This document shows, one piece after another, positions 1 through 12,610 of a stretch of DNA of 56,787 bases (within the stretch, counting starts at the first letter, position 1; each line of letters begins with the position of its first letter). Where the stretch lies: the NCBI GenBank assembly GCA_030248215.1, contig JASANG010001519.1:372001-428787 (forward strand). Reading direction: 5' to 3'. Made by a program: the position numbers and the translations under genes. The notes under the pieces are model-generated. The model worked only from the letters and a program-made list of their open reading frames with translations, made no database searches and was not told the DNA's origin. The DNA is from Enoplolaimus lenunculus. Lineage: Eukaryota.

Positions 1-3000
1 GTCATCTTGGCAAAACTGGTCGAAACAAAATCCATCTGGAGGTCCGTAGCTTCCTGTGTAAAACACACCGGTGAAAATTGTAGTGTCCGCACCTAGAAAA
101 CATACTAATAAAACCAGAAAAATTAGTATATTCAACATTTGACTAAATTTAAATTGACATAGAAATCAAACACTAATTTGTTACAATACGCATCATGAAA
201 AACTTGTAGACATCGCATAAAAAGTGCTGTAAACACTGCGAACCGAATTTTATTGGCAATTTTTACGGAAACCAACCTGTATCGCGATCTGCGGTCCAAA
301 CAAATTCCATCTGTTTCGTTGCTCGACGTTTAAGAAAATCGGTTTGATGAATCCTTGAAAAGAACCACGCGTCGAATCCGAACTAAAAACAAAAAACAAT
401 AAACACAAAATAGTCATATTTCCCAATTTGCAAACAAAATCGTTTTAATCTCGAATGTTCGAGCCGTTGTTGCGAAAAGGTTGATTCGGCTGTGTGGCGC
501 AGTCGTTGGCCTGAGTCATACAACCGCATCCACAGTGTTTCGTGAAGGACTCTAAACAGGACTGCGTAAAGTTAGAATTACTTTGGCATACATGGACGCT
601 TGTTCAATACTATGGCCAAACGGATCGACTTGCCAACCAATCTTCGGATGCCCACAGTCGCCGAATGTTTCGTTAAGAAACTGTGATCCAAACGTGAACA
701 TATCTAAAATCCCTGTGTAGTGCGTCGTTGCTTCATCGTCCGTTACCCATCCACCATTTGCAAATTCAAGCCTACCTGAAATATTAAAGGTTTTAGTTGT
801 TGTTGTCAAAAATGTTTTTCTTTAATAGTGAAAAAAAGATTATATCGTACCTCGGAATTAAAGTAAACAACAGAATTTATGATTCATAATAATACTAATA
901 ATAACAACAATAATAACAATAATAATATAATAATAATTATTCTAGTATAATAATACTAATAATAATAATTATAATAATAATAAAAATTATAAGAATATTA
1001 ATAATAACAAGAGTGGATGATCACTCTTTATTACAAGAGTGTGCAACTGGGTATATTCTGTGTATTAAAGAATGTACCCGGCACGCGTTGCGTTTTTGGC
1101 CTACCCCCCTTGTTTAGGAGGTCTGTACGCAGTTTTATATCGTAGTAATGCTAGCAGCAAATTGTAACCCACCCCCTTGTTTAAGGGGGATAGGTGTACT
1201 GAAGCACACTGTTAATCTCTTACTTAAACCCACAACGCGTGCTGGTACATTTAGTACCGTGCACAGCCCAAGCAGTTGCACACTCTTCTGCAAGATGGAC
1301 ATCATCCACTCTTGATAATAATAATAGTAAAAATAATAATAATATAATAATAATAATTATAATAATATAAATAATAATAATAATAATATATAACAATAAT
1401 AATAATTCCGACTTGCAGCTAGTTTTATTTTATTTTCCTTTAGCAATGGGCTTATTATAATACTTATTTGCTACTTCGAGATTTAGTTGATTTGCGCTAA
1501 GAAATTACCGTATTGACCCGGATAAGAGAGGGGACTGATATTTATTTGGCCTTTCCATAGGGTATCATCCCTCAGTTATTCGGTTACAGACCATTATTTG
1601 TTTTTAAACCGCCCTGCGCCACTCTTCGTTACTGATATATATTCGGTATTGCAACTATCCGTTGGATTAAACGTTTTTGTCTTGCATTAAAGCCCTGAAC
1701 GATATTAATGCAAGGTTAAACTTACGAATGTACTTTTAAACCTTAAATATGCTTTGAAGTTTCGAACTCAACTGTATTTAGGCGCTGCAGTCATTTATGC
1801 ACTACAATATGGGATAAGTGACATTTATGGACTCTAATTACGGTTTAGGGACTCTATCCGCTTACGCACTTTTTATTAGGGTACGGACTCCAAATTGATT
1901 GCGACTCAAAATGAGGACTCTCCTCTTTTATTACCCCCTCTTATTCGGGTCACTACAGTATACCTTGTTGAACCAGCTGATATACAGCGTCCTTTGTATC
2001 CTGATCCTGTTGTTGCCACCATCGATACCAAAAATCCACTTCCACCCAAGTAAATCTACGACGCGCGTCTGACCGGAGTGATGCAATTACGCTGTCTGCG
2101 ATGTACTGAACGCCAGAAAATGTTATATTTTGAAACGCTAAAACCGTAACAATGCGTCAAGTTTGATGCCACAGTTTTTAACTGGTTGACTGCAAATAAA
2201 TTTTGCCAAAAAACAACGATAAAAAATGGATCAGATATAAAAAAACTATTTAGCCCAGGGATTTAGTAATAATTCAATTTAATAGGTGCATAAAAATCCA
2301 TGATAAAATTCCGTCTCTACAGGTGGCTACTGTGCACGGGCGCAGCCAAGATTTCCGGTTGGGAGGGCACACAAATAGTTTAAATTTATAGTGCGTTAGG
2401 CGTACAAAAACGGTCGCTACACACACAGCGTGTGAGAACGTAAATTTTGCGCATATGTCGTGCCTGAAACAGCTATTTGCACCAGTTGGAATTTGATTGG
2501 AGGATTGTGTAGACCAAACAGCTGCTGGAATACATACGGTTTGTGATAGGTTGTTTAGGTTTGATTATGTTCGAGAAAACAGATTTGCACACTAGTTATT
2601 TGGCTTTACGATATTTGCAAACTATAAATTAAAGTAGGTTTATAGTGTTTATACAGTATACAAACAAAGCTGTGTGATCGTGCGCCAAAACTTTAATCGA
2701 ATACCTTATGCAGGTAATATAATGCAGTGGCGGATCCAGAAATATCGAGGGGATGCACAAGTGGAAAACACTACGTTTTGGCAAATGTTTACGTATATTT
2801 TTACGCATATACATTTTCTCAAAAGCTTTAGGCTATTCACAACTTTAGGTTTAGATCAGGTTTAGGCTTAAGCTTGATCCTATGCTTTAGGCTAAAGTTT
2901 AGGTGTAGGTTTAGGTTCGCGCGTAGGCTAGTCGGGACCATAGGTTGACGGGTGCAGGAGGCTCAGCCTTTCTGTAGCCAAGTTGGCACTTTGTATTCCT

Positions 3001-5230
3001 CACACTTGAGAAACTTGTTCTCAGTGCCGAAGCAGGCAGGGATAGGGGCTCCCTGCAAACTCCAGGTTGGGGCCCCATACTCGCGAGCGAAGTGAACGAT
3101 AAGCCAAACGCATTTTAAAAATTGTCAAAGCACATAGAAAATTAGGTTACTGAGTTTCGTGGCGAAGCCTTAAACAACTGTGAAATCTTGAAATATCGGA
3201 ACAAAAATTTGCATTGTAAGTTTTATTTTAACCCAGAAAAAGATCACACTCCGCCGCCGGGGTGGTGGGGGGGTTGCATCCCCCCATCCCACCCCTGGAT
3301 CCGCACCTGCAATGCTGATTTTTTTCTATACAGGTATAAACGTTGCTTAATTTATAGTTTGCAAATTTGGTGCTCGAATATCGTAATACCTGAACATCCA
3401 ATCACAAACAGTTTACATTCCAGCAACTGTTTGGTCTGTACAATTTTTAATCACAATTTGCACTTCAATAGCTGCTTGGGCTGCCCCGAACAGCAATTGT
3501 CGCTTGGAATGCCCCAGTTGCGAACTGGGGCAAATAGCTCTATGGGGAACGAGACATATACCACTAAAGCAATATCGGTTCAGAATAGAAAAACAACTAC
3601 TAGTGTGTTGGAATGAAACGCACAGCATATCATAGATTCAATCTATTCAAAAATGAAATTTTTCCAAATCCATTGGGTGTGGGCATGACCCCTTTGCCCC
3701 TCCCCCCTTCCAACTCCCCTGCTCGTGGGTAAATTGAGCATTGAGTCAATTTATCGTTGTTAAACACTTACATCCCCAGTAATACTGGTCGATTGGTTTC
3801 AACCATCCACTGTCAAGGTGTGTATGCGGAACAAAGTGTAAATTGAGCGCGTTCGGATCAAGGATTGGACAGTTCTGTAATAATTTTGGCTCATGGATAG
3901 ATCAGGCGTGGTCCGGTATTCGTGGGACTGCAACAGGGTAAACATAAATTTTTTACTATTGTTTTGTTTCAGGCTTGGGTTTCAGCTTAGTGCAATGCTT
4001 ACAGTTACGGCTGCGAGCTATGCATTGGTCAATAAACTTACGTTTACGTTTAGGCTTAGAAATAAGCGTATACTGTGTTACGGCCCTGATCTATAACATC
4101 GGCGGCCCACGTAAAGATTTAGGGGCGGAACGTTTTTCTGTGACACTAGAAGAGAGTAAGCTTAAGCTTTAGACAAAATTTTTTGCTTGGCTTAGGCTTC
4201 GGCTTAGGCTTAGGCTTTAGGAATATGCTCATTCTTACGCTTAGGTTTAGGCTTAGGCTTAGGCTTAAGAATATGCTTATAATACTGTTCCGCTCCTGTT
4301 CTTTTCATTGGCCACATCGGTCATAATTTTCAAAGCATATTAGTGTAAGGTATAAGCTTAGGTTTTGGTATTTTTGATTGTATAAGAGAATAACATCTAC
4401 AATTTTATAGAAAATGTTTGTTTTCACAACCACATGCCTGGAATATATCCGCCTTGCGAGTCGGACACCGTTCCGTGTGAAACGCCGCGGTTAACGTATG
4501 ACACAAGCGTAAAATCAAATTAGCTTAATTCGACCAACAGTCGATGATCACAAGAGTGTGCAACTTGCTAGACTGTGTGCGGTAAATAAATGAAGTAATG
4601 TAATGTTAGCAGACAAATGTTTCTGCGGAAAATTTTGACCCTCTAAAAATAACGGGAGTAAACCAAAATGGCAACGCCTACCGGGTATATTGTTTTCTAC
4701 GCAGAATGTACAAAGTTGCACACTCTTGCCAAAGAGCATCATGCACTCTTGATCCGACTAATGATTCCGATAATGCGAAACTCCTGTTGGTAAATAATTT
4801 GATCTATTTACGCTGCTGCAATTGTCAAATCTTGTATTCTCTGATATTGTTCCATCAGAAATGTAGCCAGATTAGGCAAGAGGGCGTTAAGCAGTGGCGG
4901 ATCCAGAAACTTTTGCCGGCAGGCGTGCGAGCAAAAGTTATGAAACGCAATTTTTACTGTTTGCAATACATGTGCCAATTTCCTGATGGAAAAACACTGT
5001 AAAAGTGAGGGGCTTTATCATTTTATCAGCAAATATTTTGTGACCGGGGTATATGCACCCTGCCCCCCCTTGTGGATGTGCTAGTGCCACTCAGCCCGCC
5101 ATAAAAAATTTTTGGCAATACACTGCAAACCAACCTCATAGAAGCATCGTGCGTCCACGCTTGAATACAAACATAGCAAACTTAAGCATACAACCGCTGA
5201 GGGTATTGAATAAAGGATTAAAGGCGACAT
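1..5230 (-). CDS. MAN2B1: Lysosomal alpha-mannosidase (GH38), 5' part; gene runs off the left edge
   Basis: Exons (minus) 5230-5135, 3874-3772, 2137-1964, 775-582, 382-277, 92-<1, all GT..AG with consistent phases. Signal peptide [27 protein letters not shown], Zn-binding [26 protein letters not shown], nucleophile motif [37 protein letters not shown]. Confidence 0.95.
887..1406. repeat. (AAT)n microsatellite split by a MITE
   Basis: Imperfect AAT runs at 887-1007 and 1315-1406. Confidence 0.9.
1008..1314. mobile_element. MITE with CAAGAG termini and 7-bp TSD (P-like family)
   Basis: TIR CAAGAGTGGATGAT / ATCATCCACTCTTG plus inner CAAGAGTGTGCAACT / AGTTGCACACTCTT; flanks ataataa / ataataa. 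Confidence 0.85.
1508..1958. mobile_element. Tc2/pogo-like MITE (about 450 bp), TA TSD
   Basis: TIR C(C/T)GTA(T/G)TGACCCG(G/A)ATAAGAG flanked by TA; homologous to 45336-45758 and 46489-46932. Confidence 0.85.
2335..3721. mobile_element. Nested hAT-like / foldback composite
   Basis: Outer CACGGGCGCAGCC...CTCCCCTG ends, long inverted arms (about 2470-2700 vs 3330-3540), inner element CAGTGGCGGATCCAG...CTGGATCCGCACCTG at 2725-3309. TSDs not clear. Confidence 0.55.
3888..4322. mobile_element. TTAGGC-bearing Merlin-like MITE with a second copy nested at 4104-4313
   Basis: Outer TSD ATAATTTT (perfect); inner TSD acatcggc / acatcggt; GG..CC-type termini. Confidence 0.85.
4535..4751. mobile_element. 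P-like MITE, 7-bp TSD
   Basis: CAAGAGTGTGCAACT / AGTTGCACACTCTTG; flanks attcgac / atccgac. Confidence 0.75.
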
Positions 5231-5476
5231 TTGCAATAAATGTCTTATTTTTAAAACAAATTGTCTATAATTATTTGAACAATTTTTTCAAAAGAATATT
5301 GGTTGTACAACTGTTTTAATAAGCAGGTTTCCGCTTTTAGGTTTTATTCAGATAAAGAGTTCATGATTTTTTTCAGGCAAAAATTTTGGCATCAGACATT
5401 TTCAATCTGATTTAGAAACCGAGTTGCCGCCCTGAAAGCGCTTATAGCAACAGTAAAATAAACTCTCATTCCTTTA

Positions 5477-5726
5477 CACTGTAAATTTCAGTGAGTTGAT
5501 TTTAACTCAGAATTAGTTGAATCCACTCAGAGGTCTGAGCTCTGAATTAGATGTTTCAGAGCTCAGAATTCTGATTGATTGAACGCATTCTGAATTAATT
5601 AATCAACTAAACCAGCAGTAAATCCGCTCAGAGCGAGTTAATGTTTACTGTGATTAATTCAGAAATAACCAGATATAGCTAATTCTTTCATTGAGGTGAT
5701 TAATCAACTCATCTGAACTTACAGTG
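5477..5726. mobile_element. Tc1/mariner-type MITE (CACTGTAAATTT family), TA TSD
   Basis: ta|CACTGTAAATTTCAGTGAGTTGATT...AATCAACTCATCTGAACTTACAGTG|ta; copies at 32995, about 41706 and 54977. Confidence 0.85.
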
Positions 5727-5832
5727 TATGAAAAAATTCAGTTAAAACTTATATTCTCTATTAAGCATTTTTGCTTAATTGTTGTCGATGAAGACATTAA
5801 AACAATATCAAGGTAACTGTTATAACCAAAAT

Positions 5833-5981
5833 GGGCCATGTTACTTTGACGGTCGTCCAGGTTTCTGGTGCGTCTGTGCATGAGTAGGATTAGATTCTAG
5901 ATTACAATTTTCGCTTAGGCTTAGGCTTAGGCTTACGAATACGATAAATCTACGGTTACGCTCCTAAAAGTAACATTGGCC
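5833..5981. mobile_element. TTAGGC-bearing Merlin-like MITE (subfamily A)
   Basis: TIR GGGCCATGTTACTTT / AAAGTAACATTGGCC; perfect TSD ACCAAAAT. Confidence 0.9.
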
Positions 5982-6550
5982 ACCAAAATAATTTGTATGG
6001 TGGTGCTATCGTTTTTGAAAAAACTCATTTCATCAAGAGTCGTCCATCACCGTCTGGCACTGTCCGTCCCCGGTCGCTCCCATTTCGCCTATTTTAACAA
6101 GTTGTTCGGCAAAAATCGATTCTGCAAATAACCATAATACTCTCTTGTCTTGTGCGCAGTAATTCGATCCAGGTATTCGTTGACGAATGTTGTGTAGACG
6201 CATTTATTGCATAGCAACGCAACAAAATTGCAATTTGGAGTATGCTGGCGAAGACTACCGTACCTACTGCAAAATTTTACTGCACGTTGTGCAATTTAAT
6301 GACAAAGTATACAGTAAATATTTGGAAACACTAATTTTATCAGGGGCGGTTCTTTTTTGACAAATCATTTTTGGCCGTCAGAAGGATTTCATTCGAAAAC
6401 CACTGAAAATTAACAAAGTTTTAGTACAAATCTAAATAATTTTTGTTTTAATGTCGAGTTTAACTTCAATTGTAACTATTCGGCCGTATCTCGTTGAACC
6501 AACATGCGTTCAGTTGACGTTTGTTTCAATTTGTTAAAGTTGAGAACCTT

Positions 6551-6772
6551 AGTCCGTATTCTCAAATATGTGTAGCATTTATCACCAGTTGGTGAGAAGA
6601 TTTGTAACTTTTGAACCAGTGAATGCTGATTCTCAAAATTTAGCACATTTTTCTCATACAATTTGCTCTACTCCCATACCAATTATGAGCTCAATAGCTA
6701 CAATAGTTATTGATTTTGAAAACCTATTAATAACTGATGATAGTTGCTATACATATTTGAGAATATGTGCCC
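6551..6772. mobile_element. Palindromic MITE (CGTATTCTCAAAT family)
   Basis: Inverted ends TATTCTCAAATATGTGTAGCA / TGCTATACATATTTGAGAATA; related copies at about 34391-34557 and 42680-42902. Confidence 0.7.
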
Positions 6773-7086
6773 TAGTCTGATCATATCATAAGCCGGGTCC
6801 AAGTCAAATATTTGAACCATTTTATTTTGTGAAACGATCCAGGGCACATTGAGGTCCTGTCTTTAGACGAAAATTTTCAAGTACGACGTGTTAAGATTGG
6901 CAACTAAAAAATTTAATATGCCATGAACCAGAAGTGTGTCTGTGAGTGCCAAACCAAAAATTATCCGGCCAAAGCGTCGAAAACGTCTGCAGCGGGTGGT
7001 GTCTTTCCTCACCCCTTGTTTCGACACCGGAACAATGTAACCACTCCTATTAAACATATTTCACCGAGGTATTAGTGAAGTTCAAT

Positions 7087-7251
7087 CGGTCCCATAGCCA
7101 AGGGGGGGCAAGGGAGGCTTAGCCCCCCTGCAAACTTTTTACCTCGTTAGAAAATTTTCAACCTTGCTTATATAACTCATTGAAAACCTTTGAATGCCCC
7201 ACCTAAAAGATTTTTAGCCCCCTCTAGTAAGCTGAGCCGGCTACGGGCCTG
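7087..7251. mobile_element. hAT-like MITE
   Basis: CGGTCCCATAGCC / GGCTACGGGCCTG ends; perfect 8-bp TSD AGTTCAAT; relatives at 17449-17593 and about 47542-47704. Confidence 0.8.
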
Positions 7252-7653
7252 AGTTCAATCCGTATTCACTTGAAGACTATAGTTAACGTTATTCTTCGTT
7301 TATTTGCCAATCAAGAATTATACTGTTAGCGTCATTTTCACTCAAAATAAATAAAAATATTTTACTTAAATTCTATTATAAGCCGATTATCTTAGCATTC
7401 CTTTGTTTTTTATGCAGCGATTGTGTTTCAACTGTTTTTTAACGGTAAAAATCTTTCTTTTTTGCACAAAATGACACAGAAATTTTTGTTCGCAAGGTAT
7501 TCTTAGAATTCCGAATTGTTGTTATCTAATTTAGGGGATAGTAAATTTAGATACTACGGTCGGGCCCGCAGCCGAAGAGACCCATTGGTGGCTTAGTACC
7601 CTTACAACACTTTTCTTACGATTAACAAATTTGCGTTGGCTGCAACAAGTTGA

Positions 7654-7857
7654 GGCCAATTTTACTTTTACGGCCGTAACAGTACATTAAGCGTATTCCT
7701 ACGCCTAAGCCTAAGATCTGCAAAAGCGTATTCCTAAGCCTAAGCCTAAGCCTAAGCCTAAGCCTAAGCGTAAGCCAAAAAATGTAGTCTAAAATGTACG
7801 CCTACTCTTTTACAGGCCCACCACAAACCGGGACGGCGCTAATAGTAACACGGGGCC
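7654..7857. mobile_element. TTAGGC-bearing Merlin-like MITE (subfamily A)
   Basis: GGCCAAT...CACGGGGCC, (CCTAAG)n core, flanks caagttga / caagttag. Confidence 0.8.
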
Positions 7858-8160
7858 CAAGTTAGCATAGCTACAACAGCCTTTTAAGCATTAAATCAAA
7901 GAATAAAAGATAAAACCGACGAAAACTTAAGCTGTTTTAACTTCTTAAGCCTAAGCCTTAGCCTAAGCCTAAGCCTAAGCCTAAGCCAAAAAATGTAGTC
8001 TAAAATGTCAGCTCACTCTTTTATAGGCCCACCACAAACCGGGATGGCGCTAAAAGTAACATAGGGCCCAAGTTAGCATAGCTACAATAGCCTTTTAAGC
8101 ATTAAATCAAAGAATAAAAGATAAAACCGACGAAAACTTAAGCTGTTTTAACTTCTTAAG
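7739..8160. repeat. 211-bp tandem duplication of a MITE end plus its flank
   Basis: taagccaaaaaatgtagtc at 7771 and 7982; units end with aacttcttaag at 7949 and 8160. Confidence 0.85.
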
Positions 8161-8179
8161 TGAGCGCGTTCGGTTAAGC

Positions 8180-8505
8180 CAAGAAGCCAAGCCAAAAAAA
8201 GCAAACCCACCCCACCACAAACCGACCAAAAAACCACCCACAAACCCAAAACAAACAAAAAAAAAAAAAAAAAAAAAAAAAACCAAACAAAACCAACCAC
8301 CACCCAACCAACCAACCAACCAAAAAAAACAAAAACCACACCCCACCCCAAACGGCAAACAAACAAGCACACAACCAAAAAAAAAAAAAAAAAAAAAAAC
8401 ACAAAAACAACCACCACCAAAAAAAAAACCCCACCACCCCCACACCGAAAAACCACAAACACACCAAAAAAAAAAAAAAAAAAAAACCCCCCAAAACCCC
8501 AAATA
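8180..8505. repeat. A/C-only low-complexity tract, probable sequencing or assembly artefact
   Basis: About 320 nt almost devoid of G and T, long poly-A runs, no period. Confidence 0.8.
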
Positions 8506-9320
8506 TAACGCAAGATGGCACTAATACTTGCTACAAGTTAAACACCAGTACTGCTTTACTCAAAATTTTGAAAATTTCGTGCGGTTTGCCCTGCATCATC
8601 GGTTCAATAGTAAACTGGTCACTTTGTTTTAATTCACCAGTTTTACCAGATTATATCCGGTTGCCAAAAATTGTCTTCGCCAGCGTCTACTACAAATCGG
8701 GTTAACGGCGTCGGTTTTGTTGGCTAAACAGCAAACAAGGCGACTGTTGTACATTTCCTCCTAAAAGGCTTCAAAGTTTTTGGTTAAGGCTTATGTTTAT
8801 GTAAGCCTGAACCTAAAATCGAAGCATTAGCCTAGAGCCTAAGCCTAAAGCCTGTCGGAGAAGTAGTACAATAACCAATAATGGCATCATTTTCTCGCAT
8901 GGTTAATTAATGACCACAAACGAGCAGATTGAGTGTGATTTGCAATTTTCAACCAAAGGCCATTATCGTTTTTTAAATGAGCTCAGTATAATTCTATTAA
9001 GGCTATTAGCGATTTATGAGGCTTTAATGCTACACTGCGCCAGCTGGTCGACGCAACGCAACCAGACACCAAATCACGTACATTTTCAAGATGTTTGCGT
9101 TTTCTCGATTTTGCATCAACAAAATTTCTTTTAAGCAATCGCCAACAGCTCAAAGGATGCACCGAATGAAAGAGGTGATAATGTGTTTTTTCCCAATAAT
9201 TGTTTATATTTAATACACTGGGTGTATTATAATTTACAGCATATTTTAAGTAATGAAAAGCTGTTGTTTATATTACGTAATGGTCAGTTTTATATTTGAC
9301 CAAATTCAGATAGCCTTATG

Positions 9321-9493
9321 GGCTCATGATTGTTTATGGGATGTCCAGGTTTTTGGGGAGTCTATAAAAGAGTAGGTTTAGGTTCTAGATTATATTTTTT
9401 TGCTTAGGCTTAGGAACTCGTTTTTGTAACGCTTAGAGTTAGGCTTAGGAATACGCTTAATCTACTGTTACGCCCATCAAAGTAACATTGGCC
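9321..9493. mobile_element. TTAGGC-bearing Merlin-like MITE (A)
   Basis: Perfect TSD GCCTTATG; right TIR AAAGTAACATTGGCC. Confidence 0.85.
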
Positions 9494-9557
9494 GCCTTAT
9501 GAGTGGTGAAATACAGATTAACAGAGGGCATTTTAAGCATGGCGTTACAAGCGAAAC

Positions 9558-9838
9558 GGCCAATGTAAAGGACAGAGGCGGAACAGTATTGTAAGCATAT
9601 TCCTAAGCCTAAGCCACAGACTAAGCGTAAGCCTAAGCGTAAGAATCAACATATTCCTAAGTCTAAGCGTAAGCCTAAGCGTAAGAATCAACATATTCCT
9701 AAGTCTAAGCGTAAGCCTAAGCGTAAGAATCAACATATTCCTAAGTCTAAGCGTAAGCCTAAGCCAAGCAAAAATATAAGTCTTTATTCTATTCTAGTCC
9801 CACAGAAAAACCTTCCGCCTCTGTTCTTTACATTGGAA
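9558..9838. mobile_element. TTAGGC-bearing Merlin-like MITE (B) with internal 42-bp repeats
   Basis: GGCCAATGTAAAGGACAGAGGCGGAAC...TTCCGCCTCTGTTCTTTACATTGG. Confidence 0.85.
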
Positions 9839-10024
9839 AGCGAGGCTAATAGTTTCTCAAAGGGTGGCAAAGTTTCAACCACATCTGTTTTATTGTCAGT
9901 GCAATACTTTTCGTTTGGCGACTGGCTAATTGAGAGTTAACGTTCAGTTTTGGACTTCACCAAAAACGTCAAACCTTTTAGTTAATATTTTTGAACAAGA
10001 TAATCTTAATAGCATTGTGGATAA

Positions 10025-10245
10025 AGCCAATGTTACTTTTAGGGTCGTAACGGTAGATTAAGCGTATTCATGTACCTAAGCCTAAGCCTAAGCGTTTCAA
10101 AAGCGTATTCCTAAGCCTAAGCCTAACGCCTGAGCCTAAGCCTAAGCTTAAACCTAAGCCTAAGCCAAAAAATGTAGTCTAGAATGTAAGCCTGCTCTTT
10201 TACATACCCACCACATACAGGGACGGTCGTAACAGTAACATGGCC
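10025..10245. mobile_element. TTAGGC-bearing Merlin-like MITE (A)
   Basis: Flanks gtggataa / gtggatac; (CCTAAG)n core. Confidence 0.85.
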
Positions 10246-10358
10246 GTGGATACTATCACCCACGTCCCATGTACACCAAGTTTAATTTAGATGGTGGCTG
10301 TATAGTATATGGGTTGAAAGGGGCAGGATTCTGCACACCCACCGATCATGGCTACGGA

Positions 10359-10544
10359 TGCCAATGTTAATTTAACGTAACAGCAGATTAAGCGTATTCC
10401 TAAGCCTAAGCCTAAGCGTTGCAAAAGTGTGTTTCTAAGCCTAAGCCTAAGCCTAAGCCTAAGCAAAAACTGTAATCTAGAATCTAAACCTACTCTTTTA
10501 TAGACCCACCACAAACTTGAACGACCCTTAAAGTACCATGGGCT
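10359..10544. mobile_element. TTAGGC-bearing Merlin-like MITE (A)
   Basis: Flanks gctacgga / gctacgcg; same internal layout as other A copies. Confidence 0.8.
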
Positions 10545-12389
10545 GCTACGCGCAAAGTAAAACAATTTTATTCGTTTCGGCTCCATAAATAAATCTGCGA
10601 AATTGTTGGCATTATTTTTAAATCCGCGATTGCGCAAAGTTACATTCAGGCTTTCAAACTGCGTTTGTCGCCATTTTTCCTATTTTTAGAGCTGAACGTT
10701 GCTTTTGCAAGTCACAGAAAAGCTGTTATGTCGGATAAAGACAATTTTTTTCTCAAACAGTCTGTGTCCAGATTAAGAAGATATGACAGCTGTTGTTTCA
10801 ATTTCAAGCGAGTACAGCTGGTAAAACCAATTACACACAAAAGCCAAAAAATTAATATTATAACGTTCGCAATGCAGATTACTAGGATTAATTTAAGACA
10901 AAAATACGTCATGACACGAACAGTCCGTAGACGCGGCAGCCTGAACCAGTACCACCGCTGTCAAAAATGTATTCTTCTTTGTTAACATCTAAACTTATAG
11001 CAGGGAAAACCAAGTGATGCCTAAAATTTGAAAAAATGAAAAGAAAATTAATATTTGACAGTCGATTCACCGAGATAAATTCCTGGAACCGCTAGCGAAC
11101 AGCAGGTATTAAAGCAGGGGTTTTTTTTAATGTTGAGGTTTTTAACGAATTTTTTACCGGTCTTAGTTCAGTGTCAAACAAGAAAACGCGGTCTGCCGCA
11201 TATATGCACGATGGAGTGATGCTTAAAAGGTTTCGTTGAAATTTTAGTAGGACCTTAAATTTGGAGTGCCTTTATATATTAATACAATTTGAATTTTTAA
11301 CAAAATATGTTTCCGGGTGTTGTTGCACAATCGCTCTATTGCAGTTTGCAGCTTTTGCAGCCGTGTATTGCATATACGATATCTTTACAACTTTATAGTC
11401 GGTTTTTGTTTTGTACCGGAAATTAACTCAATTCTGGCAATTGCAGTCTGTATTAACGTTTGTTAGCTTTTCTTGGTTCCAGCTGTAGATGCATGGCTTT
11501 AATCTGTAAATGCTTGTTTTTTCAATCAGCCTTTATATTTTCGTGGTTTGCCTTGTAAATGTCAATTACTCTTACTATATTGTTTCATAATTCATACGAA
11601 CACTGTGCAGATATTATTTTATATAATGAATTGGTTGAGTTTTAGCTCCCAATTTTGAAGGCGGCATCCGTGGCAAATGTTCGCTGCTAAAGGCTTATAT
11701 GTCTGGAACATCAGCAAAACAATTCTTTTTCACACATTTGTTAATACGTTTCACTTTCAGAAATATTCGTCTGAAGCGTTTAAGAAAAAGAATGTTAAAT
11801 TTAAGACATTTAAGTGAAAAAAGTTTTAGATACATTTCAGAACTTTTTCAAAAATAAAAGTCTAAAACTTAAAACATATGTGTATGGAACCTGTAAGACT
11901 TAAATTGTTTTAAATTTAAGACAATATTTCTTGAATATAAGACAATATATTTTGTGTGTACGAAAAATTCACAAAAATATTTTTCTCATTTTTCACCCAA
12001 AATTATGAACTGTAAGATTTCTTAATAACCGTACTCCGCTGCATTTAAACGCAAAACCGCACTGGATCCTCTTTGTTCTATGGATTAAATTGCAAAAAAA
12101 TCCGAAGATTTTCACCAAAAGTTTCAAATTTTTCATATAAATTTCTACAAAATAGTTTTCTCAGTTTATGATTTTTAAAACACAGTCGAATTCGTCAATT
12201 TACTTCTTTAAAATAGCCATTTCCAAATTTTAGACATATATTTGTAAACTGTAGGATTCGCTAATTAATTTTAACTTTGAGATTTAATACTTAAAACTAT
12301 CTTTACTGCAGTAACTTTTGCAATAATTATATTCAATTTAGACCAAAACCAGTACTTATAGTCCAGTACCAGTAAGACTTACTTTAATT

Positions 12390-12610
12390 CTACACGTCGT
12401 AGACCAATCTGCTATTCAGACCAATTACCAATTGTCCTAGGCCAATCTGCTATTCAGTCCAATTACCAATTGGCCTAGGCGAATCTGCTATTCAGGCCAA
12501 TTACCAATTGGTTTAGACCAATCTGCTATTCGAAGCAAATAGCAGTTTGGACCAGTGCCAATTTGCGATTCTAAGATTTCGCAAAAACAACAGTGATGTA
12601 ATACCAACGC
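12390..12610. mobile_element. Partial MITE with 39-bp internal repeats (CCAATCTGCTATT family)
   Basis: Tandem gccaatctgctattcag..caattaccaattg units; fuller palindromic copy at about 23828-24132. Confidence 0.65.

Noticed and set aside
7700..8000. True chromosome end or telomere fusion at (CCTAAG)n
   Set aside because: Arrays are short and bounded by MITE TIRs and TSDs, with genes on both sides.
8107..8521. Three overlapping F/G/V/W-rich ORFs of 115-131 aa
   Set aside because: They are the stop-free reverse complement of the A/C low-complexity tract.
10665..10985. 106-aa ORF or CAGCTG E-box pair as an exon or muscle enhancer
   Set aside because: No recognisable homology or linked exons; two 6-mers are expected by chance.
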